From an uncultured delta proteobacterium (lineage in GTDB: Bacteria; Desulfobacterota; WTBG01; CAIYCZ01), in assembly GCA_963803975.1 (NCBI GenBank), contig CAWDOY010000037.1, positions 1 through 61,021 on the forward strand: a stretch of 61,021 nt of DNA. Direction: 5' to 3'. The notes beneath the pieces were generated by a model, which searched no databases, had not been told where the DNA came from, and saw nothing but the letters and a program-made list of their open reading frames with translations. Positions 20,902 to 31,118 of the stretch are shown in pieces. Made by a program: the position numbers and the translations under genes. Every line of letters starts with the position of its first letter. The stretch's first letter is position 1.

Positions 20902-22062
20902 TTATTTCATCTTAATCGTAATCTCGCTGCTCTTTGCTCCCTTGGCAATGTGGGAGGTATACGTTGCCGTTGCAATCTTTTCCGCTTTTGCTGCTTTCAT
21001 CACATTGTTCACAAAATCCTGATCCATTTTAGCCAGCACCTGATTGTATCCTGCGGGTGCCTGCAGCATCGCTCCCACTTCCACGAAAGGATCAGCAGCA
21101 GCAGCAAGGGTGATACTGTCCTTGCCGGTGGCTGTTACGCTGTAGGCGCAATACTTCTGCTTGTGGCAATAGCTTATAATGTCCGCTATATCTTTCAGGG
21201 TCTTTGCCTTTCCGATTTCAAGGGCGAGTTTTGCGTCTTTGACCCACATTGACGGAAATGTATTCCACAGTTCCAGATAGATATCCTGTGCTTTGCCTTT
21301 TACATAGGTGTTGAGCTGAAGCCAGGCAAGAAAATCAACGGCAAAAAATCCCAGGAATGATCCGGGGCCCTGTTCTTCCACCGTTCTCTTCTGTTTTTTC
21401 AGTACATACAGCACCGGCTCCTGATTGCCGATCTCAAGGTCGACAAAGCGGTTGTCAACTTCGGGGAGGGGCCGGTCAGGATCAGCCTCACGCGTCCGCA
21501 ATACGATCTGGCAGGCGCACGCAGCGCCGTCGCGGCATCTGCCCGAGGGCAATTCCACCAGGATGTCCTCCTTCAGCCCGGCCTTTTTTGCATCTTCAAT
21601 CAGCGCCCACAGATAGACATAGGTGAGATAGACTTCCTGGCGGTAATAGTCATGACGCTTATACGTATTATCAGCAGGGCCGTATGCGGGGTTTGCGCAC
21701 CACAGCACGTGTCCTACATGCTCATTCTTCGTGCTTCTGCGGGTAACATAGAGCGCAGGAACGCCGATAAAGCAATCCTCCACTATTCTCCCGAGCGTGG
21801 GCAGATCCTTGACTTCCTTGAGGCCGAATTTCTGCATAGCTCCCTGAAACGACATGTGCGCCAGCGCCGCCCAGACATTACCGTAGTACTTTAAACCATC
21901 CTCTTCTCCCAGGGCCGGTTTGAATGTCCGCCAAATATAATAAACATGGCCGAACAGGGACCGCAGGGCTGCAACAGTTACATCCTTGTTACTCATTTTC
22001 AGAGCTTTTGCGTGCTTCTCCATAAAGGGAAGAAACGGTGATACTGCTTTCTTACTTGCCAT
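20902..22062 (-). CDS. Hypothetical protein with two related halves (DUF6125 / ATC-hydrolase-like), Cys-containing
   Basis: Intact 386-aa ORF from ATG 22062 with AAGGAG RBS and own terminator; family assignment tentative. Confidence 0.75.
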   Translation of the reverse strand: MASKKAVSPFLPFMEKHAKALKMSNKDVTVAALRSLFGHVYYIWRTFKPALGEEDGLKYYGNVWAALAHMSFQGAMQKFGLKEVKDLPTLGRIVEDCFIGVPALYVTRRSTKNEHVGHVLWCANPAYGPADNTYKRHDYYRQEVYLTYVYLWALIEDAKKAGLKEDILVELPSGRCRDGAACACQIVLRTREADPDRPLPEVDNRFVDLEIGNQEPVLYVLKKQKRTVEEQGPGSFLGFFAVDFLAWLQLNTYVKGKAQDIYLELWNTFPSMWVKDAKLALEIGKAKTLKDIADIISYCHKQKYCAYSVTATGKDSITLAAAADPFVEVGAMLQAPAGYNQVLAKMDQDFVNNVMKAAKAEKIATATYTSHIAKGAKSSEITIKMK

Positions 22063-22431
22063 AAAACGTTCTCCTTTCGATAGTCGGTATTGATGGGAAC
22101 CCTTTGTTTTATTATTGTCCAAAATACCAGCGTGCCTGTTCTGATACAGTTCTCCCGATCAGGGCAACAAGGCGATCTTGGACGAGCAACTGAAACCCGG
22201 TATGCTGATTGCCTTCTTTGTGCTATATAATAGAATGTGTTTACAAGAAAGTACAACTATTTGTCAATAAAAATGACTTGCATTTTAATTAATAAGAATA
22301 AATATTTTTCATTTTTACCCGCTCTGATGGTATGGTTCGAACAATAAGAAAGTTTTTGCAACAGAGCAGTCATCCGCGACACGTGCGCTGGAAGCTGGAA
22401 AAACGCTACTATTCACAGAATACATCGAACG

Positions 22432-22830
22432 ATGGAAAAAGTATCGATTGTCGACTTCAGCCTTCACGTTGACGACCGGGGCTGGGTAGCCTGGCCGTTT
22501 GCGGACATGGTCCCTGAACAGATCCAGCTGCGCAAGCTTCATCTGCCCTGCTTGAAGCCCGGCGCGGTCCGGGGCAATCACTATCATCTGAGCACTATTG
22601 AGTTTGCCTATATTCTCACGGGCCCGTGCCGGGCGCTTTTTGAGGATAATGAGACAGGTGAGCGGCAGGAATTACTGATACCGGGTGATGCGCCGGTATT
22701 ATTCAAAATTTCAGCGAATGTGACGCATGCTTTTAAAAATGAGAGCAGCCATAATATCCTTCTCCTGTGCTATGAGCAGCGGGCAGGCAGCACGCTCGAT
22801 GAGGGCACGTGCAGGAAAATCATCCTCTGA
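22432..22830 (+). CDS. Cupin-domain protein (WxcM/CapF C-terminal-like)
   Basis: DDRG, PGAVRGNHYH...E, HAFKN. Confidence 0.8.
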   Translation: MEKVSIVDFSLHVDDRGWVAWPFADMVPEQIQLRKLHLPCLKPGAVRGNHYHLSTIEFAYILTGPCRALFEDNETGERQELLIPGDAPVLFKISANVTHAFKNESSHNILLLCYEQRAGSTLDEGTCRKIIL

Positions 22831-22903
22831 AAATGCCCCGCAGCGCGCACCCTGCTTTTAACCGCTTGACAAGGCAGCACATAGTATCTTATGTAATAGA
22901 CAT

Positions 22904-23002
22904 AATCTCCGAGTCATTGCACCTACGGGCCAGTCCTATGGGCAATGACCGACAGGGTTATACTGGAAACGGTTAAACCTCCCCGGTGCTGGAAAGGAGA
23001 TA
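22904..23002 (+). ncRNA. Moco riboswitch (MOCO RNA motif, RF01055-like), P3-lacking variant
   Basis: ATCTCC...GGAGAT P1; GTCATTGC/GCAATGAC P2; AGGGTT..GGAAAC..AACCTCCC..GGAAAGG core; upstream of moaA; TTGACA at 22866. Confidence 0.9.
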
Positions 23003-23064
23003 ACGGGAAAGTGCCCCCTTAATCCTTTTCATAAAACGGATTCAGGGTTTTTTATTGCACGCAA

Positions 23065-24054
23065 ATGATACAGCTTATAGACTCCTTCAATCGTCCTATT
23101 AATTATCTGCGGATGTCGATTACCGATCGGTGCAATCTGCGCTGCATTTACTGCATGCCCAAGGAGGGCCTGTCTCTTATCGGGCACGATGACATCCTGC
23201 GCTACGAAGAACTCCTGCGTATTGCCGGCATAGTGGTCAAAAAGGGGGTAACAAAAATCCGCATCACCGGCGGCGAACCGCTGGTTCGAAAGGGCGTCGC
23301 GCAATTTGTTTCCGCGCTATCCGGAATTGCCGGTATTCAGGACCTCTCCATGACCACCAACGGCCTCATGCTCTCCGAGGCGGCGCTGCCCCTGCGCAGC
23401 GCCGGGCTCAAACGCCTCAATATAAGTCTTGATTCACTGAACCCTGAAAAATACCGTAAAATAACCCGGGGGGGGGATATCAGCCAGCTGATAGCAGGTA
23501 TCAAACGCGCGCAGGAAGCGGGCTTTTCCCCGATTAAAATAAACGTCGTGGTTATTCGCGGCATCAATGACGACGAAATTACCGCTTTCGCAAAACTCTC
23601 ACTGGAGAAAAACCTGCACATACGTTTTATTGAATATATGCCGGTCGGCATGGAAAACGGCTGGGAACAGAAGCAATTCGTGGCAACCGAGGAAATACAG
23701 CAGCGGGTCAAAACCATCGGCCCCCTCATCGAACTCCCGTCAGACAACGGCTCCGGGCCCGCGCACATGTATACGATAGCGGGGGCTCAGGGAAAACTCG
23801 GTTTCATCAGCGCCCTGAGCGACCATTTCTGTGCAACCTGTAACCGCCTGCGGCTGACCCCTGACGGGAAGCTGCGTACCTGCCTGTTTTCTGATGCAGA
23901 AGTCGACCTGAAGGTGCCGATGCGGGATGGCTGCAGCGATGAAGTCCTTGCAGATATCATAAATACGGCCATACTCTCTAAACCCCGGAAGCACCACGCT
24001 GCCGAGCCGGTATTTAAAAAATGCATCCGCGGCATGTCGGCCATCGGAGGTTAA
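23065..24054 (+). CDS. moaA: GTP 3',8-cyclase MoaA
   Basis: YLRMSITDRCNLRCIYCMP, TGGEPL, FCATCNRLR...CL, C-terminal MSAIGG. Confidence 0.97.
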   Translation: MIQLIDSFNRPINYLRMSITDRCNLRCIYCMPKEGLSLIGHDDILRYEELLRIAGIVVKKGVTKIRITGGEPLVRKGVAQFVSALSGIAGIQDLSMTTNGLMLSEAALPLRSAGLKRLNISLDSLNPEKYRKITRGGDISQLIAGIKRAQEAGFSPIKINVVVIRGINDDEITAFAKLSLEKNLHIRFIEYMPVGMENGWEQKQFVATEEIQQRVKTIGPLIELPSDNGSGPAHMYTIAGAQGKLGFISALSDHFCATCNRLRLTPDGKLRTCLFSDAEVDLKVPMRDGCSDEVLADIINTAILSKPRKHHAAEPVFKKCIRGMSAIGG

Positions 24055-24108
24055 ACAGGATTTGCGGAATCTCTAAAAAGCGCTCTCCCCTATTTTTTCA
24101 GTGCAATC

Positions 24109-24727
24109 ATGTCGCTTGCATATTTATTACAGGACAAAACAGTAATAACGGTTTCCGGCTCACATTCCGGGATCGGCAAAACCCTGCTGGCAGAATCCAT
24201 CCTGCAGGTGGTAAGGGATTTTGCCGCGATTAAAATAACCATTGAAGATTTTTTTACCGCCGTTTTCTTTGATGAAGCTTCAATCATGGTTCCCGGCAAG
24301 GACACCTTTCGCCTTAAAACCAGCGGCGCTTCGCGGGTTGTCTGGGTCAGGACCCCTGAACAGCATCTTGTCGAAACGGTTGAACAGGCGGTATCCATCA
24401 TAGGAAGTGTCAGCGGGCTTCTTATCGAAGGCAACAGCATCACAACCTATCTTGAGCCGGATCTCTGCCTTTTTTGTGTATGGGGGCGAAGTACAAACCA
24501 TGAAGCCCAGCAGGCTGTATGCGCTGCGGAGGGCACAGGTGATAATCAATAATATCCGCGATGAGGCCGCCGATTGCCGGGCAAACGAAAAAACACTCCG
24601 AGAGATAAATGCCCGGGCAACCGTGCTGTCGGCTAACTCTCGCGGCTGCCGATACCCTCCAGCCGCTTCTGAAAGCATTGTAAAACAACACCTCGGAGCA
24701 ACGCTGCTGCGTGCATCAGATGCCTGA
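24109..24727 (+). CDS. MobB-like P-loop NTPase (frameshifted)
   Basis: SGSHSGIGKT, AAIK, PGKDT, SGA..V.W, LIEGNS. Confidence 0.65.
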
Positions 24728-25777
24728 TAATAAAGATAAAATCCTTGCCATCGATATCGGGCAGGGAACACAGGATATACTCCTTTACGATCCGCAGAAG
24801 AATATCGAAAACTGCATCTCCCTCATCCTTCCGTCGCCCACTGCGCTCTACGGAAAAATAATAGAAACCGCGACCAGTGATCTCTATGTTAACGGGAGCA
24901 CTATCGGCGGAGGTCTGCTGTCAGGCGCGATAAAACAGCATCTCAAAAAAGGCTATGCGGTCTACATGGAACCTGAGGCGGCAGCATCGATCAGGGATGA
25001 TCTTGACCTGGTGCGCATGCTGGGCATACAGATTGGCAGTCCGCCCGAACCGTTCAACGGAAAGAAGCTGCAGCTCGCGGAAGTTAACCTGCCGCTCTGC
25101 AATACTTTCTTGCCCATTTCTCTGAAGCAATGGATGTGGCGGCCATCGTGGCCGTTGCCGTGCAGGATCATGGCACCTCTCCTGAGGGAAGCTCTGACCG
25201 AATGTTCCGCTTTGAGATGCTGTCAAAACAATTGATGGCGCACAATGAACCTGAGCGCTGCGCCTACTGGGCAGATGAGGTGCCGCCGGTTTTCACCCGC
25301 ATGCGATCATTGGTCAAGACTGTTAAAAAAGATTTTTCGGGTACCGTTCTGGTTATGGACACCGCATTATGTGCGGTTCTGGGCTGCATGGAAGACCGCC
25401 CTGAGCCATACCTTATCGTCAATGCGGGCAATGATCACACCCTCTGCGCAATAGTGCGTAACAAGAAAATTGATGCGCTGCTGGAGCACCATACCGCCAT
25501 GCTCAGCATGGAAAAATTACGGCAACTGATCATTCGGTTTGCAAAGGGCGAGGTCACTCATCAGGAGATATTCGATGACTGGGGGCATGGCGTCCTGTAT
25601 ATACATAAGGGCATTATATCATCCATTGAACATATTATTGTTACCGGACCCCATAGGGAAAAAATGCGCCTCACCGGGCTGCCCGTAACCTTTGCAGCTC
25701 CGGGAGGCAACATGATGCTAACCGGTCCGATCGGTCTGGTCAAAGCATGTCATTTTAAAACTATCGTAGGCACATAA
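24720..25777 (+). CDS. DUF1786 family protein (frameshift near 25100)
   Basis: LAIDIGQGTQD, LPSPT, VAVQDHG, VMDT, VNAGNDHT, EHHT, GHG, TGP, PGGNMMLTG. Confidence 0.85.
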
Positions 25778-25787
25778 CGGTGCTTTC

Positions 25788-26114
25788 CTATGATACTTTT
25801 TTATCCAGCATCTTTACCAGGTTCGCTTTTGACTGAGCGCCAACTGCTTGCTCAGCAATTGCCCCGCCATGGAAAAGGATTACGGTAGGAATGCCCCGAA
25901 TCCCGAATTTTTCCGCGACTGCAGGGTTCTGGTCAACGTTAAGTTTTGCTATTTTAGCCCGCCCTTTGTATTCTGTTGCAAGTTCCTCAATTGTTGGCGC
26001 AAACATCTTGCAGGGACCGCACCACTCTGCCCAGAAATCAACCAGCACCGGCAGTTCAGACTTTAAAACCTCTGCTTCAAAATTTGCTTCAGTCAGAATA
26101 ATCTCATCGCTCAT
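25788..26114 (-). CDS. trxA: Thioredoxin
   Basis: VDFWAEWCGPCK, GIPT. Confidence 0.97.
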   Translation of the reverse strand: MSDEIILTEANFEAEVLKSELPVLVDFWAEWCGPCKMFAPTIEELATEYKGRAKIAKLNVDQNPAVAEKFGIRGIPTVILFHGGAIAEQAVGAQSKANLVKMLDKKVS

Positions 26115-26342
26115 GCTTTTCTCCCTTCATAAAACATAGATTGTTTTCCTCCACAGGATTACTGCTGCATTGCATGAAAAATATAACATAAAAATAGACA
26201 AATGTATAATGCAAGCTAAACCATTTTTTTCGTTGATGCATAACTTGTCATGCAATATTATTAGCCTTGACATAGCGCATGCAACACGATAATAAATCAT
26301 ACCTTATTATCACTACTAAACCTGTAAAGGAGGATTTTAATA

Positions 26343-27521
26343 ATGAAGAAGGCTGTTATTGTTAGTGCGGTAAGGACTCCGGTAGGAAAATTCAACGGTG
26401 CCCTGAAAGATATGCCAGCATCTGATCTTGGGGCTCTGGTAATGAAAGAAGCTGTTAAACGGTCCGGTATCAGCCCTGATCAAATTGATGAGGTAATTTT
26501 CGGTCATGTGTTAACCACAGCCCAGGGACAAAATCCTGCCAGGCAGGCAGCCATGAAAGCAGGTATACCGAAAGAGGTACCTGCATTTACCATCAATAAA
26601 GTATGTGCTTCAGGGCTCAAAGCAGTGGCACTGGCGGCACAGAGTATTAAAGCAGAAGATAATGAAATAGTTATAGCCGGCGGGCAGGAAAATATGAGCT
26701 TAACACCGTATGCATTGCCGGGCGCTCGCTGGGGGTATCGGATGAATAACGGATCTCTGGTTGACTGTATGGTCTATGACGGTGTCTGGGAAAAGTTTAA
26801 TGACTATCATATGGGAATAACAGCAGAAAATATAGCTGAAAAATTTAATATCTCACGTGAAGAGCAGGACCGGTTCTCTGCAGAAAGCGAAAACAAAGCA
26901 GAAAGGGCCATTAAGTTAGGCCTGTTTAAAGATGAAATAGTTCCCGTAGAAATTCCGCAAAAAAAGGGTGCTCCAATAGTTTTTGATACTGATGAATACC
27001 CGACATTGGGATCAACACCTGAAACAATGGCAAAGCTGCGACCTGCATTTAAAAAAGAGGGGACTGTTACTGCTGGTAACGCTTCAGGTATAAATGACGG
27101 GGCTGCTGCGCTGGTGGTAATGTCTGAAGAAAAGGCAAAGGCACTGGGTAAAACCCCGATAGCAACCATCGTGTCTTATGCATCAGGGGGCGTTGATCCT
27201 GCTTTCATGGGTATGGGGCCTATTCCTGCCGTAAAGAATGTTCTCAAAAAAGCAGGACTAAAAATAGAAGACATTGATTACTGGGAATTAAATGAAGCAT
27301 TTGCCTCCCAGGCCATCTGTTGTATCAAAGAATTAGGAATTGATCCGGCACGGGTTAATCATAATGGCGGCGCAATTTCTATAGGGCATCCTATCGGTGC
27401 AAGTGGCGCCAGAATTCTGGTAACCCTTCTGCATCAAATGAAACGGATAAATGCCCGGCGGGGCCTTGCAACGCTTTGTATCGGTGGCGGCATGGGTCAT
27501 GCCTTCATCGTAGAGCGGTAA
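26343..27521 (+). CDS. Acetyl-CoA C-acetyltransferase (thiolase II)
   Basis: [37 protein letters not shown]. Confidence 0.96.
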   Translation: MKKAVIVSAVRTPVGKFNGALKDMPASDLGALVMKEAVKRSGISPDQIDEVIFGHVLTTAQGQNPARQAAMKAGIPKEVPAFTINKVCASGLKAVALAAQSIKAEDNEIVIAGGQENMSLTPYALPGARWGYRMNNGSLVDCMVYDGVWEKFNDYHMGITAENIAEKFNISREEQDRFSAESENKAERAIKLGLFKDEIVPVEIPQKKGAPIVFDTDEYPTLGSTPETMAKLRPAFKKEGTVTAGNASGINDGAAALVVMSEEKAKALGKTPIATIVSYASGGVDPAFMGMGPIPAVKNVLKKAGLKIEDIDYWELNEAFASQAICCIKELGIDPARVNHNGGAISIGHPIGASGARILVTLLHQMKRINARRGLATLCIGGGMGHAFIVER

Positions 27522-27574
27522 CCAAAACAACAGATTTAATAGAGGATTGAGGTATTTTCATGTAGTAATGCTCT

Positions 27575-27609
27575 GGGCAGCGATTATCAGGTCGCTGCCC
27601 ATTTTATTT
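27575..27609 (+). terminator. Intrinsic terminator
   Basis: GGGCAGCGA...TCGCTGCCC followed by ATTTTATTT. Confidence 0.75.
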
Positions 27610-27826
27610 GGAGGCAAAGATAGCTATAAATTTTCTAAAATTAGTACATAAATGTACGCAAATTATACTTACATGTAGATTTTGAAAAGCATAAATTAAC
27701 ATTTTTATACCTAAATATTTTATTTAATTTATCTTTTTTTGTTCTTTTAGTATGCTGCCTCCGTTGAATAAGAGCAAAATTATTAATGGCATAATTTTTG
27801 TTAATAGCAGGGAGTGAATAAGAGTT

Positions 27827-28114
27827 ATGGGTAAGAAGATCATAAGCCTGATATTTATTTTAATTCTGGTGGCGCTTTTAGCTATGACCGTTTTCGGCCA
27901 AAGGGGTTTGCTCCATATGACCCGATTAAAAGAGGAACTTAGGCGATTTGAAGAAAACAATCAGCGACTCCAGGAAGAAAACCTTGCTTTAAAAAAGCAG
28001 ATTGAACAATTGAAAAATAATCGCCGCCATTTGGAAGATTTAGCCCGAGACGAGTTGGGTTTTGCCAGAGAAAATGAATTAATTTATGAGCTTAAAAAAA
28101 AGCATAAACAATGA
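27827..28114 (+). CDS. ftsB: Septum formation initiator FtsB/DivIC
   Basis: TM + FGQRG, coiled coil, LEDLARDELG....E. Confidence 0.85.
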   Translation: MGKKIISLIFILILVALLAMTVFGQRGLLHMTRLKEELRRFEENNQRLQEENLALKKQIEQLKNNRRHLEDLARDELGFARENELIYELKKKHKQ

Positions 28115-28283
28115 TTACTTATTCCTCTTGATGCCAAAAAACAGTTTAATTTAATTAATAGTTTGTTTGTTTAATAATTATTAGGAACTTAATTAATTGC
28201 TTGACAAATATTGGACGAGAAGGTATTTTTTTTGCAATTAATTCCAAATATTTACACACGTAAACAGCGGGATAATTACCAAC

Positions 28284-29336
28284 ATGTTCATGTATAGATC
28301 GCAAAATGTTATAGGCCTTGATATAGGCACAAGCTCCGTAAAATTAGTTGAATTTGAAAGAGTAAAAAATAGTTGCAGGCTTAAAAATATTGGTATAGCC
28401 AAACTGCCCCGCGATACTATTGTAAACGGAACAATTATTCATGCCGAGTTATTAGAACAGACTATTAACGCCCTGTTTTCTGAATATAAAATAAAAAATA
28501 AAAATGTTGCCATATCCATTTCCGGGCATCCCGTTATTATTAAAAAGATAACCGCAGATCTTATGGCTGAGGATGAACTGGAAAACACTCTTCCCTTTGA
28601 AGCAGAGCAGTATATACCCTTCTCTCTGGATGAAGTGAATCTTGATTTTCAGATACTGGGACCGTGTGAAGATAAAGAGAACAAGATGAATGTTATGTTG
28701 GTGGCTGCAAAAAAGGCAATGATTAATGACTATGTCAGCGTTCTCCAGAATGCCGGGTTAAAAGCGGTTATTGTAGATATTGATGTTTTTGCTCTGGAAA
28801 ATATGTTTACTGCCAACTATAGCCCGGAAGAAAATACAACGGTTGCACTCGTAGATATGGGAGCCAGCGTCACAAATATTAACATCATTAAAAATGGCGT
28901 TTCTCAGTTTACCCGTGACATTTTCATGGGAGGCAATCATATAACAGAAGAAATCCAGAAGCAGCTTTCCATAAATTATGAAGATGCAGAAGCTCTTAAA
29001 TGTGGCGAACAAATTGCCGGTATCAATCAGGACCTTTTGCAAGATATTATTGAACGTGCCTCTTCAACCATTACCAGCGAGATACAGAGATCTCTTGATT
29101 TCTATATCTCTTCTACCTATGGCGAAATCAGCCAGGTTTATTTAAGTGGCGGTGGTTCCAAAACCAGAGGGTTCAAAGAGATTTTCGCAAAACGAGTTAA
29201 TGCTCCCCTTGAGTACACCAATCCATTTCACGCTATTACCTATGATGAAACTATGTTCGATGCTGAATACATAAAGGATATTTCCCCATTTTCAGCTATC
29301 GGCGTTGGACTCGCTCTGAGGAGTATTGGTGACTGA
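28284..29336 (+). CDS. pilM: Type IV pilus assembly protein PilM
   Basis: GLDIGTSSVK, EAEQYIPF, DMGA, EIQRSLDFY, LSGGGS, GLALR. Confidence 0.96.
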   Translation: MFMYRSQNVIGLDIGTSSVKLVEFERVKNSCRLKNIGIAKLPRDTIVNGTIIHAELLEQTINALFSEYKIKNKNVAISISGHPVIIKKITADLMAEDELENTLPFEAEQYIPFSLDEVNLDFQILGPCEDKENKMNVMLVAAKKAMINDYVSVLQNAGLKAVIVDIDVFALENMFTANYSPEENTTVALVDMGASVTNINIIKNGVSQFTRDIFMGGNHITEEIQKQLSINYEDAEALKCGEQIAGINQDLLQDIIERASSTITSEIQRSLDFYISSTYGEISQVYLSGGGSKTRGFKEIFAKRVNAPLEYTNPFHAITYDETMFDAEYIKDISPFSAIGVGLALRSIGD

Positions 29337-29893
29337 TGATTAAAATTAACCTGTTACCGTATCGAGCAGAAAGAAAAAAACAGCAAATAATAGATCATAT
29401 TATCGTAACCTGTCTTTCATTTGCTCCGGTAATTATTGGCATCATTATATCTTTTTCGATCATAAGTTTTAAAATAAGCAGCACTACTGATGAAATCACA
29501 AAAACAGTTGAGGATATAAAAAGGCAGCAGGCAACGGTTGAAAAAATAAAATCATTTAAAAATACAAAAGATGCCCTTCTGAAAAAGCTGGATATCATAA
29601 AAACCCTGCAAAAAAACAAAAGCGGGCCCGTCCACATTATGGACCAGCTGTCCGTTAACCTTCCCGATAAAATCTGGCTGACGGCATTGAAGCAATCAGG
29701 TATGGAACTAAAAATCGAGGGGACCGCGCTTGATAATCAAACCATCTCAAAATATATGACTAATTTAGAGAAATCCCTTTATTTTAAGAGTGTTGATCTG
29801 GAGAAGATTAATACTGAAGAAAAACAGGGTTCCCGCGGGCGCGGATTAAAAAACTTTGCTCTGAAATGTATCATAACCTACATCGGTAAATAG
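29336..29893 (+). CDS. pilN: Type IV pilus assembly protein PilN
   Basis: MIKINLLPYR, TM, coiled coil, PDKIWLT; ATGA-type coupling to pilM. Confidence 0.94.
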   Translation: MIKINLLPYRAERKKQQIIDHIIVTCLSFAPVIIGIIISFSIISFKISSTTDEITKTVEDIKRQQATVEKIKSFKNTKDALLKKLDIIKTLQKNKSGPVHIMDQLSVNLPDKIWLTALKQSGMELKIEGTALDNQTISKYMTNLEKSLYFKSVDLEKINTEEKQGSRGRGLKNFALKCIITYIGK

Positions 29894-29908
29894 GCGGGAA
29901 TATAGCGT

Positions 29909-30538
29909 ATGGCGCTACAAGTAAATTCCGATACGATTCTTAAGCTTCCACAGAAGCAGAAGGTCGCACTTCTTGTGGCTGTCATTCTCATTATGGTGGG
30001 GCTTTATATTTATTTGAGCGTGATGCCGAGTCTTTCAGTATTACATGACAGACAGGAGGAGCTGGCAAAAAAACAAAAGGAGCTCTTTGAGTTAAAAAAA
30101 ATAGTCGCTGATCTGCCCCGCTTCGAAAAGGAATTGCAACAGCTTGAGGCCCAGTTCAAGGAAGCGCTGACACTCTTACCTAATACCCGCGAAATTCCCA
30201 GTCTGCTTACCAATATCTCCAATCTGGCAAGGGATTGCGGGCTGGAAATTCTGCTGTTCCAGCCAAAACCAGAAGTGATTGAGAACTTTTACGCCCAAAT
30301 ACCGGTCGAAATGAAAATTATCGGTAAATATCATGATCTGGGTGTTTTTTTCGATCGTGTCTCAAAACTCCCGCGCATCGTTAATATTTTAGATATCACG
30401 ATGGATATAAAAGCCGCTCAGAGCAAAAGTGGGTCTAATCCGGGAATTCTGAATGCTTCATTTAAAGCAGTGACTTATAAATTTGTCGAGGTTAAACAAG
30501 ACAGTGATAAAAAACAAAAAGGTAAGAAGAAAACATAG
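29909..30538 (+). CDS. pilO: Type IV pilus assembly protein PilO
   Basis: LP..REIPSLL, FYAQIP, LPRIV, TYKF. Confidence 0.94.
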   Translation: MALQVNSDTILKLPQKQKVALLVAVILIMVGLYIYLSVMPSLSVLHDRQEELAKKQKELFELKKIVADLPRFEKELQQLEAQFKEALTLLPNTREIPSLLTNISNLARDCGLEILLFQPKPEVIENFYAQIPVEMKIIGKYHDLGVFFDRVSKLPRIVNILDITMDIKAAQSKSGSNPGILNASFKAVTYKFVEVKQDSDKKQKGKKKT

Positions 30539-31118
30539 CACTGTTTTTCTTCAAGCTATTATTCTGATGGTTGCCTGCAGTCTTTCCTTGGGCATAGGTT
30601 CTTGCAGCAATACAGCCGAACCCCCCAGGAAGCCTGAACAGATAAAACCAGTTGCTGTGAAAATACCGGAGGAAAAGACACCCCTTGCAGATAAAAAACA
30701 AGCGGTCTCACCACCAGTTGAAGCGCAGAAAACCGCCGCAGAATTTACCTATGACCCTGCCGGAAAACCCGACCCGTTTTTACCGCTCATAGCCGAAATA
30801 CCCGCAACTAAACAACTCTCGCCGGCGGCAGTTCCGGAATCAGATCTCACCCCGCTGCAAAAATATGATTTAAATGAGTTTAAACTTGTTGCGATTATAC
30901 TGCAGGGCAACAGCGAACCTACGGCTATGATAGAAGATAAAGCGGGATACGGGTATATAATTAAAAAAGGCCTGCTGATAGGTAAAAATAACGGCATTAT
31001 AAAAGAGATTAGTGCGATCGGAGTGGTTATTGACGAAAAAACAGTTGACGCTACAGGATCTGAAAAAATGAAAACCACAACATTAAATATTACTCAAACC
31101 ATGTTAGGGGAAAAATAA
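30483..31118 (+). CDS. pilP: Type IV pilus assembly lipoprotein PilP (true start probably near 30504)
   Basis: Lipobox IGSC; YDPAGKPDPF, TPLQKYDL, IG.N.G.I. Confidence 0.9.
   Translation: MSRLNKTVIKNKKVRRKHSTVFLQAIILMVACSLSLGIGSCSNTAEPPRKPEQIKPVAVKIPEEKTPLADKKQAVSPPVEAQKTAAEFTYDPAGKPDPFLPLIAEIPATKQLSPAAVPESDLTPLQKYDLNEFKLVAIILQGNSEPTAMIEDKAGYGYIIKKGLLIGKNNGIIKEISAIGVVIDEKTVDATGSEKMKTTTLNITQTMLGEK

Noticed and set aside
27787..27802. Sigma-54 promoter upstream of ftsB (TGGCAT-N5-TTGT)
   Set aside because: The -12 element reads GT instead of the conserved GC; too weak to call.
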